Source: an uncultured bacterium (GTDB lineage: Bacteria > Muiribacteriota > Ozemobacteria > Ozemobacterales > Ozemobacteraceae). From it: 64,000 nucleotides of DNA. The stretch spans positions 41,965 to 105,964 of the forward strand of contig CAYYUI010000005.1 in the NCBI GenBank assembly GCA_964474705.1, written 5' to 3'. Both the position numbers and the translations under genes were made by a program. The notes below the pieces were generated by a model, which was not told where the DNA came from, made no database searches, and was given only the letters and a program-made list of their open reading frames with translations. Shown piece after piece: positions 56,232 through 64,000 of this stretch (its first letter is position 1; each line of letters starts with the position of its first letter).

Positions 56232-57245
56232 ATGACGAGAAAAATTCTGCCCGTCTGCATTCTGACCGCGTTGATGCTGACCGGCAACCTCAGCGCCCAG
56301 CAGCCTGCGAACCCAACTCAGGGTTCAGCCTCGGCCCCGAATGTCGGGCAGACAGTCAAACCCGCCTCTACAGCAAGAGTTGTAACCGTCCAGGTTGCCT
56401 CACAGACAGCCAAAGTTGACCCGATCGTTCTGACCAACCAGATGATGCTTGTTTTCATGGAACGCATGAAGACCGGTAACCTCAAGGAAGCCAGAGACGT
56501 GGCCAACGAAATGGTTTTCGGCAATGAAAAATACCAGGATACCGAACAGAAAGTTCACAAGAGTTTTCATTCTGCCATGGAAAAGGAACTTTTCAGTCTT
56601 CTTGAAGAACGCTCCGGTGGCAAGCGTGCGGTGGAATGGGCTGATCAGCCTGTCTCAGACGGCTTCTATTTTCTGGCGATTCTCGACTTCCAGGAAAACA
56701 AGCACGAAGAAGCACTTGCCAATATGCAGAAGGCGATTTTCTGGAACCCGGTTCGTTCGGCTTTTTATGCCGAACGCGGTTTCATGTTTCTTCGCAAGAA
56801 CAGTGGCCCTGATATTATCGGAGCCCAGATTGCTTATGAAAAGGCTCTTGAACTGGCTGACAACGCCGAAGATTTTGCCGCCGCTCTGCGCGGTCTCGCA
56901 TTTGTTCTGGTCGAACGCCGCGAACTCGAAAAGGCTCTTGCCTGTCTCGTCGTTTCCAAGGAATTCGATGCTGAACAGCAGGACACCGATGAGGAAATTC
57001 AGTTTATCCGCAGGGCCGACCCGGCGCTGGTCACCGATATGACTCTGGCCCGTGCCCGTGAAGTTATGAAAGATGCAAAAATTCTTTCCAGTTATTCTCC
57101 CGATCATACTGAAGTTCTCATAAGACTGGCAGACACCTTCAAGGGTTCCGACCAGCAAAAGGCCATCATGCTGCTCAAAAAGGCCAGAGAAATGTCTCCT
57201 AAGAATCAGGATGTCGCGAATCGTCTCAAGGCTATGCAAAAGTAA
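56232..57245 (+). CDS. secreted TPR-repeat protein
   Basis: Signal peptide, TPR-like repeats (AIFWNPVRSAFYAERG..., AYEKALELAD...). Confidence 0.55.
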   Translation: MTRKILPVCILTALMLTGNLSAQQPANPTQGSASAPNVGQTVKPASTARVVTVQVASQTAKVDPIVLTNQMMLVFMERMKTGNLKEARDVANEMVFGNEKYQDTEQKVHKSFHSAMEKELFSLLEERSGGKRAVEWADQPVSDGFYFLAILDFQENKHEEALANMQKAIFWNPVRSAFYAERGFMFLRKNSGPDIIGAQIAYEKALELADNAEDFAAALRGLAFVLVERRELEKALACLVVSKEFDAEQQDTDEEIQFIRRADPALVTDMTLARAREVMKDAKILSSYSPDHTEVLIRLADTFKGSDQQKAIMLLKKAREMSPKNQDVANRLKAMQK

Positions 57246-57263
57246 GCAGTTTATTCCAGTATT

Positions 57264-57302
57264 AAAAAACCCGGCGATCACGTGTATCGCCGGTTTTTTT
57301 TT
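57264..57302. terminator. bidirectional rho-independent terminator
   Basis: A6-CCGGCGAT-CACGTGT-ATCGCCGG-T9 between convergent genes. Confidence 0.75.
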
Positions 57303-57309
57303 CTGGCGC

Positions 57310-58749
57310 TCAGTTGGCAGTGGTCTTGTGGCTGAACCTGTAGGGCAGATTGCGAAAAACTTTCCAGATGCCGTCTTCCCTGCGCCATTCGACCAGAGCT
57401 TCAATATTGCCAGAATCTATATCGACTCCGGGAATCAGGTTGATCACTCTGACATTGGCATGGCATTTAACGCTTGCCTGATCGGTGCCATGAAAGTCGA
57501 CCGAATCGATGACATATTGGGCAATTTTCACATCCATGGCGTTGAAGCGACTTTGCGCAGTGACCAGCAGGTCGTTCTTCGTGCTGGTTACGTCGAAATC
57601 ATTACCGAAAACATTCGAGATGCGATTGGAAAAAACCGCCAGGTTTTCTACTGCCAGTGCTGCCTGCAGTTCGCTATGGGCTGCTGCTATTTCGCCCCAG
57701 CGGGCATCTGCGCCGATCTGGGTCGGATGTGAGTCGCGATAGGGCATGTTTCTGAAAACTTTCCAGAACGTTCCTTCGAGACGCCAGACAGCATCGAAGT
57801 TATAGGTTTTATCTCTGACAATCTGCTCAGAGCCCAGGTCGCGAAGCTTGATTTTGACTTCGGTGCGGATCCTTGCCTTGTTTTCCGGCAGAAATTCGCT
57901 GTCGACAACCCTCCAGGTTATCTCATCGAAGGAAAATTCTTTGAATAGCCCGGTAAAATGATCGATAGCATCCTTCCAGCTGGATGCTGAATCCCAGTCA
58001 TTTCCAAATGACGGAGATATGTAGACCTTGAGAAGGTCCAGGTCCTTGCGCATCAGGGTGTGTCTAAGAATGCTGTTGGCATCCTTGAGAACAGTCTCAC
58101 GTTCAAGAACGTTCGCTGCCGTATTCTTTGCGGGAGTCGTTACTGCAGGAAGGTCGAGAACGGTTTTGTTGACCGCGGTAGCGGGTAACTGCAGCATGAG
58201 TTTGATTGCTGTCGTTATGCTGGCCACCTGGGCTTCGTATTCGCGTGCTCTGATGTCGGCCGGGGTCAGATTTTTGTCGAGAAGAAGTCCCTGCTGATAC
58301 ACCAGAGCTTCGGCAGTCGTCTGCAGGTTTATCGTCAGATTGCTGAGGTCGGAATAAAACAGGTCATCCTCGGTAACCCGCCGCAGCATTGCAATTTTTC
58401 CTGATTCAGCACGCAGAACCATGGTTTGCGAGAACGGCACTTCTTTAAGGCTGAAGCTGCCGTCTTTGGCCGCTCGCACCGTTATTTCGCCGGCACGGAT
58501 GGTAAAGGTCGAAAAGTCGCTGATTTTCCCAAGCTCGGCACGTATTGAAGCCGCAAGACCGGTTTCGACTATTTCGGGCAGACTGAGTTTGCCTGAAATT
58601 GCGAATTCGCTGCCGTCCGGGGTCGGGTTGAATCGTAGATCACCTTTGCCGGTGCATCCATTGAGAAATATCATTATTGAGAAAAGGATTGCGGAATAAA
58701 TCAGGCTTCCCTGTCTGCGCAAACCCGTTTTTACTGTTTTTGGCCGCAT
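57310..58749 (-). CDS. lipoprotein with tandemly duplicated C-terminal domains
   Basis: Lipobox FLNGC; two homologous ~110 aa modules ending WKVFRNMPYRDSH / WKVFRNLPYRFSH; GGAGG RBS. Confidence 0.5.
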   Translation of the reverse strand: MRPKTVKTGLRRQGSLIYSAILFSIMIFLNGCTGKGDLRFNPTPDGSEFAISGKLSLPEIVETGLAASIRAELGKISDFSTFTIRAGEITVRAAKDGSFSLKEVPFSQTMVLRAESGKIAMLRRVTEDDLFYSDLSNLTINLQTTAEALVYQQGLLLDKNLTPADIRAREYEAQVASITTAIKLMLQLPATAVNKTVLDLPAVTTPAKNTAANVLERETVLKDANSILRHTLMRKDLDLLKVYISPSFGNDWDSASSWKDAIDHFTGLFKEFSFDEITWRVVDSEFLPENKARIRTEVKIKLRDLGSEQIVRDKTYNFDAVWRLEGTFWKVFRNMPYRDSHPTQIGADARWGEIAAAHSELQAALAVENLAVFSNRISNVFGNDFDVTSTKNDLLVTAQSRFNAMDVKIAQYVIDSVDFHGTDQASVKCHANVRVINLIPGVDIDSGNIEALVEWRREDGIWKVFRNLPYRFSHKTTAN

Positions 58750-58962
58750 GCCGCCTCCGGAAAATCTGTATATTGGAATCTCTATCGGCATTACAGGGCA
58801 TATTTCGAAGTATTCTTGTAAGGGCTCGTGTTTTTATGCTTAAATGGCGGTACCAATTTGTCTGCATATGTGATAAAGTTATCGTAAATAGCATGACAGG
58901 CATTGTGATGCCGGATGATAAACGACGCCGGCATCGGCATGACTTGAGCTTTGGAGGCTGAT

Positions 58963-61900
58963 ATGAGTGATAATGAGAATAAACCCGCCAGACCCGCCAG
59001 GGGCCTGTTCTTTTACTTCAAGGTGCTTGCGGTTTTTGTCTGTCTGATGGTTCTCTCAGCTGGAGTTGCCGTTTATTACGTTTACCATCGCCTGACAACC
59101 GACAGTCAGCTCGAAAAGATGGTGATGGAAAAAGTCAGCAGCGCGATTAATATGGATGTCAAATTTGCATCCCTTGCCGTCGTTTTTCCGGGAATCGAGA
59201 TCAGCAATGTCACGGTAGCCACCGATACCCCTGAAATGAAGCTCGATGCCAGGATTGCTCAAATCAAGATACGTCCTGATCTCATGGCGGCATTTGGCGG
59301 TGAGCTGTTGATAGATGCTCTGACGGTAGCTTCAGCTGCGACTGATGTCGAGCTTAAAAAAACGGTAAGTAAGCCCGGCACGGTTGCGGCTCCGACTGCC
59401 GGTCCCGGCCTGGATCTCGCTTCAATTAAATTTCCGTTCAACAGCGTCGACCTCAACGGGTTGAGGTTTTCCATCAACGACCAAAATTCGGGTCAGGCGC
59501 ATGAATTGATTGTGAATAGCGCCGGATTGAACCGGTCCATGCTCTCTACATCGGTGCCATTCAATGTCGATGCGGTTCTGACCGGCCGGGCGAAATTGTC
59601 TGTCGAAGGCAAGATCTATTGGCCTGCGAACGTTGTTGCCGACCTGACGGTAAAGTCAGAGAATATCGACGAACTGAAGAAGCTCATACCTGAAAAATAT
59701 CGTAAACATGCCGACTTCCTCAAAGGAGTTGAGATCAAGGCTGCGATAAAATACAATGTCGGCGACGGCAGTCTGGGAGTGGAAACCTGCCAGGTCAAGG
59801 CTGAGCCAGGTTTTCAGGCTGATGGCAAATTCATGGTCGCCAGGTTTTCGCCACTCGATGCCGAGGCAAATTTCAAGGTGACACCTATGGAAGTCAATGA
59901 TCTCTGGCCAATGGCGAAGAGTTTCGTTCCGGCCGAACACGGGTTGACTTTGAACGGTGGGCGTATTTCGACTGCCGTCGATGTGGTTCTGGCTGAAGGT
60001 GCGATAAAGAAACTTGCGGTAACGGTAACCCCTGAAAAAATCGAGGTCAAAGCGAAAGCACTGCCTGAGAAAGTTAATCTCGACCGCGGTCACATCAGTT
60101 ACGACGACGGCAAGATCAATTTTTCCGAATTCGAAGCCAGAATGGCCGATACTCTGCTGAAAATGCCCTCCGGCACCCTCGTTGCCGATCCGGTTGCTTT
60201 CAATGGCGAAGTTGCTGCAGAAGTGAACCTTGAAAGCATTTATAAGCTTGTGTCCGGTCAGTTAACTGCCGAACAGAAGAGAATCATTCCTGCCGGTAAG
60301 GCGGCTTTCAGTGGCAAGCTCGCCTATGACGCCAAGGGGTTCAGAGTCGATGGAACTCTCAATTCCGAACAGATAAAAGTCAAAGAGCAGAAAACTTCTG
60401 CCCAGGCGACAATAGAGAGATTGCGCGTTCACTTCGACTCGATCGGCCCGTCTGCGGGGGTGATCAAGATCGAAAGCCTTGAAGTGAACGGGGTTGGCGC
60501 TTCGGTAAAAATCAGCGGCAATATCAAGAATGCAAAAGATCTCGGTTTTGATCTCGCAGCGGCCGGTAATCTGAAGGTCGATGAATTTTCCAGGCTCGGT
60601 GCCGGACTTTTCAAGATTCCCGTTCGTGAGGGGCAATTCAAGGGTGATTTGAGTCTCGATATGAAAGTTGGCGGCTCAGTATCTGATCCAAAACCGAAAG
60701 GACGCATCGAATTCAGGAATGTGCATGCCGACTTCTCTGATCGCGGTCTGATTGTCGATGGTCTCAATGGTGCAGCCGCAGCCGATATCGATAATCTTGA
60801 GCTCGAAAACCTCTCTGCAGAGCTGCTGGGCGGTAAACTTTCAATCAGCGGCAGTCTGAAGAACTTCAAAAAGCCGGTTGCCGATGCGAAAGCTACGGTT
60901 TCCGGAGCTGACCTTGCCGCTATCCGCAAGTTTCTCAAAGTGAACTTTCGCGAAATGTCAGATGAACTGGACTTTGCCGGAAATGCTGATTTGAACGTCA
61001 GCCTGACCGGTCCGGCAGCAGCTCCGACCCTCAAAGGTGACGCGGTTCTCAAAGCATGCAGATTCAGTCACCCTGCTGTGCTGCGTCCGCTTGAAAACAT
61101 CGGCGGTCCGATCGGCTTCAGTAATGCCGGGCTCGATACGACCGGTCTGGCAGCCTCCTGGGGCAGCTCAAAGGTCATGGTCACCGGCTCGATGAAGAAC
61201 TGGGCTAAATTCATCACCGACTTCAGATTTGTCGTCGATCCTCTCGATGTAACCGACGCCGGCAGCTTTTTTCTCAAGGATACCGGGTACAAAATCGACG
61301 GCCGGGGTACCGGCGCTGGTTCGATAAGCGGCGAAGTCGCAAAAATCAAGGTTGAAGGGGTTGCCTCGGTACCGTCCGGGATCTTTTCCGCTCCGGTAAG
61401 CGAAAAGGGCGATGTGTTCAAATTTCCATTCAAAAGTCTGCAGGCCAAAGCTGTGTATTATGAGAAGCAGGTCAATGTAAGTTCTGCAACTATGGAGCTT
61501 TTCAGCGGCAAAGTCTCTGCCAGCGGCAAGGTTTTTCTCGACAAAGAACCGATTGTCTTTGAATTCGATACCAGAATCGACGATTTGATGACAGAACAGT
61601 TTCTGGCAGAAAACACCTCCTACAAAGATATTCTCCAGGGAGGCATCGACGGCACTTTCACCGCCGGCGGCAATACTGCGGGACTGGTCAGCATGAATGG
61701 CAAAGCCTCTCTGGCTATGCAGAAGGGCTTCTATAATTCACCGCCTTTCGTTAAGCAGCTGAGTCAGCAGCTCGGAACGCCACAGCTGGCCTCCGGGCCT
61801 ATCGAAAACGTTGCCGGCGATTACCTCATATCGGGCGGGCGAATCAGTTCCAAAAATACCGTTGGCAAATCGAAAGCCGGGAAAGTCACCTTCGTGGGTT

Positions 61901-62364
61901 CAGTCGGTCTCGATGCGACTCTCGACGGGGAAGCCCAGATACAGATAAAAAGAGAAATATGCCAGCAGAGTGACGTTTTGCGTCAACTGGTCGGAAACGC
62001 TGAAACGCTTGACATTCCGGTGACTCTCAAGGGTTCTTTCATGTCACCGTCGGTCGGTCTGCCTCTTGATCGCATGCTAAGGGATGTGGCCGAGCGCCGT
62101 GCCAAAGAGACCGTTCAGAAAGAGGCTGAGAAGGCGCTGGGTAAAATATTCGGCATAAAAACTGGGGATTCGCAAACCCAGACCGCCTCTGCTGCAACGA
62201 CTGTACCCGCCGGCAATGTACAGGTTCCGCCCCCAGATACTACAACTCAGACTGCTACTGCTACCCAGCAGACGCCACCACCGACTCCACAGAAAAAAAT
62301 CGAGAACAAGATCAAGGAAGTTGGCAAAGAGTTAAAAAATCTCGGAAAAATCTTTAAATTTTGA
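58963..62364 (+). CDS. AsmA-family / TamB-like envelope protein (1133 aa)
   Basis: N-terminal TM anchor, then ~1000 aa beta-rich repetitive region with AsmA-like N-terminus (IxIxPDLxAxxGGELxIDALTV); T/Q-rich tail. Confidence 0.6.
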   Translation: MSDNENKPARPARGLFFYFKVLAVFVCLMVLSAGVAVYYVYHRLTTDSQLEKMVMEKVSSAINMDVKFASLAVVFPGIEISNVTVATDTPEMKLDARIAQIKIRPDLMAAFGGELLIDALTVASAATDVELKKTVSKPGTVAAPTAGPGLDLASIKFPFNSVDLNGLRFSINDQNSGQAHELIVNSAGLNRSMLSTSVPFNVDAVLTGRAKLSVEGKIYWPANVVADLTVKSENIDELKKLIPEKYRKHADFLKGVEIKAAIKYNVGDGSLGVETCQVKAEPGFQADGKFMVARFSPLDAEANFKVTPMEVNDLWPMAKSFVPAEHGLTLNGGRISTAVDVVLAEGAIKKLAVTVTPEKIEVKAKALPEKVNLDRGHISYDDGKINFSEFEARMADTLLKMPSGTLVADPVAFNGEVAAEVNLESIYKLVSGQLTAEQKRIIPAGKAAFSGKLAYDAKGFRVDGTLNSEQIKVKEQKTSAQATIERLRVHFDSIGPSAGVIKIESLEVNGVGASVKISGNIKNAKDLGFDLAAAGNLKVDEFSRLGAGLFKIPVREGQFKGDLSLDMKVGGSVSDPKPKGRIEFRNVHADFSDRGLIVDGLNGAAAADIDNLELENLSAELLGGKLSISGSLKNFKKPVADAKATVSGADLAAIRKFLKVNFREMSDELDFAGNADLNVSLTGPAAAPTLKGDAVLKACRFSHPAVLRPLENIGGPIGFSNAGLDTTGLAASWGSSKVMVTGSMKNWAKFITDFRFVVDPLDVTDAGSFFLKDTGYKIDGRGTGAGSISGEVAKIKVEGVASVPSGIFSAPVSEKGDVFKFPFKSLQAKAVYYEKQVNVSSATMELFSGKVSASGKVFLDKEPIVFEFDTRIDDLMTEQFLAENTSYKDILQGGIDGTFTAGGNTAGLVSMNGKASLAMQKGFYNSPPFVKQLSQQLGTPQLASGPIENVAGDYLISGGRISSKNTVGKSKAGKVTFVGSVGLDATLDGEAQIQIKREICQQSDVLRQLVGNAETLDIPVTLKGSFMSPSVGLPLDRMLRDVAERRAKETVQKEAEKALGKIFGIKTGDSQTQTASAATTVPAGNVQVPPPDTTTQTATATQQTPPPTPQKKIENKIKEVGKELKNLGKIFKF

Positions 62365-62732
62365 AGGTGAACCATTTGAACAGGGAAAGATATACGCTTG
62401 CATGCCGCAAGGTCGAAAACATCTGGATCATTGAGTTTTCAGGCTTTCTAACTACTGGTCTGACTGACGTTCTGGCGCCTGAAGTCGGCAAAGGTCTTGC
62501 TGAGGGCTGCCGGTTTTTTCTTTTCGATTTTTCCGGGGTCACGATGCTCGAAAGTCCTGCTGTTGCAGCGCTTTTGACCATGACTGAAAAAATCGTCGAC
62601 GAGAGTGAGGGAGAACTGGCTTTCTGTTGCCTGAATGACATGACCGCAAAAGTCCTGGAAATGGTGGGTGTGTTTCTCTACGCCGGCAGGTTCAATACTG
62701 CAGAAGAAGCTGTCAGGGAAATGTCTGCCTGA
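62361..62732 (+). CDS. STAS-domain protein (anti-sigma-factor antagonist-like)
   Basis: SpoIIAA-like pattern (FLFDFSGVTMLESPAVAALLTM...); TTG/GTG start uncertain; overlaps asmA-like stop. Confidence 0.6.
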   Translation: MKVNHLNRERYTLACRKVENIWIIEFSGFLTTGLTDVLAPEVGKGLAEGCRFFLFDFSGVTMLESPAVAALLTMTEKIVDESEGELAFCCLNDMTAKVLEMVGVFLYAGRFNTAEEAVREMSA

Positions 62733-62733
62733 T

Positions 62734-62765
62734 TTTCAGCAGCAGATTGCTGAAAATTTGTTTGA
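62734..62765 (+). terminator. putative terminator hairpin
   Basis: TTCAGCA-GCAGAT-TGCTGAA followed by AATTTGTTT. Confidence 0.4.
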
Positions 62766-62887
62766 ATTTGGTGGTTGATTCAGCTAAGCTGTATTTGTAC
62801 AGAAATTTGCCCGTGGTACACCTCTTGCGTAAATCAGGAACGATGGGTATAATTTATTTATTATTTTATGATGGAGGGCATGAACCG

Positions 62888-64000
62888 ATGTCAAAGACCT
62901 GGACAAGATTAATAGCTCTTGTAACTGTGTTCTGCGTGTTGTTTTCGGCTGAAGTAAGCGCCGGAAAAGGCTACGGCCATTCCGGTAAAAAGAAGGTCGG
63001 CTTCTTCTGCAAGATTGGACATGCAATCAAGAAGGCAACTCAGAAGGCTGCCAAGGCAGTTAAAGCAGCTGCCCAGAAGACCGGCAAAGCCATCAAGACT
63101 GCCGTCAAAAAGACTGGCAAAGCTATCAAAAATGCCGCCATCAAAACCGGCAAAGCCATCAAGGTTGCCGGTGCCAAGATCAACAATGCTGTTAAAGACA
63201 GCGGCGTCTGGTTGAAGAAGAAAGTTTTCGGCTGCAAGAACCGCGTATGGGTATGTGGCCACTATGACAAAAATGGCAAATGGATCAAAGGCCATTGGAG
63301 AAAGCTCGAATGTAAGCCGGGCAACAATAATCCGGGCCAGGGCAATAACCCCGGTCAGGGTAACAATCCCGGCCAGACCGAAGATCCGTTGCCTCCGGTA
63401 GGCGATGAACCAGGTCTCCCCGGTGGCGACTCAGGCCAGACTCCTTCAGATCCTGGTCAGCCGGCTCCCGAACCTTCTCCGACCGAACCTGCTCCGATGC
63501 CCGGCAGCGAAACCGAACAGCCCGCTCCGACTCCTGCCCCTGAAGATCCGGTTCTCCCCGAACTGCCCGAAGGTGACAACCCGGCTCCGGTTCCAGGCGA
63601 TGAACAGCCCGCTCCCGAACAGCCAGGCGATGAACAGCCCGCTCCCGAACAGCCAGGCGATGAACAGCCGGCTCCAGAACAGCCCGGTGACGAACAGCCC
63701 GCTCCCGAACAGCCCGCTCCCGAACAGCCCGGTGATAACGCCGGTCAGGCAGGCCAGGGTTCGCAGGGTGAACAGTCTGATGACGCCGGCCAGGCAGGCC
63801 AGGCTGGTCAGGCTGGCCAGGCAGGTCAGGCTCCCAAGCAGGATGTCCAGATGTCACTCAGAACCATGGGCATGCTGATGAACGATATCGTCAGACAGTC
63901 CGGCGACATAACCTCCTTCAAAAAGGCTGCCCAGCCCGGTATGAGCTATTCGATGGATGTTCAGAGCAACCTGAATTCAACCTACGAAAGCCGCGAAGCC
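62888..64000 (+). CDS. secreted repeat protein (partial, continues past window end): Lys-rich 11-mer repeats followed by Pro/Glu/Gln-rich decapeptide repeats
   Basis: ATG at 62888 with signal peptide (LIALVTVFCVLFSAEVSA); KTGKAIKTAVKK-type repeats x4; PGDEQPAPEQ x4-5; no stop before 64000. Not in the ORF track because it is open-ended. Confidence 0.6.
   Translation, partial: MSKTWTRLIALVTVFCVLFSAEVSAGKGYGHSGKKKVGFFCKIGHAIKKATQKAAKAVKAAAQKTGKAIKTAVKKTGKAIKNAAIKTGKAIKVAGAKINNAVKDSGVWLKKKVFGCKNRVWVCGHYDKNGKWIKGHWRKLECKPGNNNPGQGNNPGQGNNPGQTEDPLPPVGDEPGLPGGDSGQTPSDPGQPAPEPSPTEPAPMPGSETEQPAPTPAPEDPVLPELPEGDNPAPVPGDEQPAPEQPGDEQPAPEQPGDEQPAPEQPGDEQPAPEQPAPEQPGDNAGQAGQGSQGEQSDDAGQAGQAGQAGQAGQAPKQDVQMSLRTMGMLMNDIVRQSGDITSFKKAAQPGMSYSMDVQSNLNSTYESREA
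63079..63177 (+). repeat. tandem 33-nt coding repeats (TGKAIKxAxxK units)
   Basis: Three consecutive 33-nt units encoding KTGKAIKTAVK / KTGKAIKNAAI / KTGKAIKVAGA. Confidence 0.75.
63596..63730 (+). repeat. tandem 30-nt coding repeats (PGDEQPAPEQ units)
   Basis: GGCGATGAACAGCCCGCTCCCGAACAGCCA repeated about 4.5 times nearly perfectly. Confidence 0.85.

Noticed and set aside
63285-63857. 190 aa minus-strand ORF with AVRERAVRER repeats, and minus-strand ORF 62909..63295
   Set aside because: Antisense of the tandem PGDEQPAPEQ and KTGKAIK repeats. The plus-strand frame has a signal peptide and a proper start, so the plus strand is the gene.
1-64000. Search for mobile elements, prophage, toxin-antitoxin or restriction-modification modules
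   Set aside because: No transposase, integrase, recombinase, terminal inverted repeats, phage structural genes, or recognisable defence effectors found. The window looks like core chromosome with a few unusual domain architectures.

Overview
This is a roughly 64 kb chromosomal segment, about 52% GC, from a diderm (Gram-negative-type) bacterium of uncertain lineage. The diderm call rests on the LPS inner-core genes gmhB and a GT9 heptosyltransferase, an AsmA-family protein, type IV pilin-like genes, hfq and many signal-peptide/TPR envelope proteins. I found no transposase, integrase, CRISPR array or rRNA. Gene density is high and the housekeeping genes are clear: a comEA-comEC competence pair, ligA, hfq, a tRNA-Leu/tRNA-Gly pair ahead of tig-clpP-clpX, cinA-thpR, gmhB and mazG. 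The accessory-looking content is as follows. (1) A 1050-1077 aa stand-alone protein whose N-terminal ~250 aa carry the tubulin/FtsZ GTPase loop signatures (GLGGTGKK, CIDTD, GSLCGGSGAG); it sits convergent to a DUF1624-type membrane protein and divergent from an HD-GYP protein. (2) A QueE-like radical-SAM fold gene that has lost the CxxxCxxC cluster motif. (3) An orphan three-gene prepilin-like operon ending in a 784 aa GspK/PilX-like giant, plus a distant PilT-family ATPase fused to cNMP-binding-like and GspE_N-like N-terminal domains. (4) A nucleoside/nucleotide import and salvage cluster: MTA phosphorylase, PfkB kinase, TLC-type ATP/ADP translocase-like transporter and BMP nucleoside-binding lipoprotein. 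(5) A secreted metallophosphoesterase + EEP fusion with a poly-acidic tail. (6) A ComEC whose C-terminus is not a recognizable metallo-beta-lactamase domain. (7) A near-identical hairpin element, stem GGGGCTGTTTCA, used twice as a terminator. All calls rest on motif reading of the supplied translations; no database search was possible.
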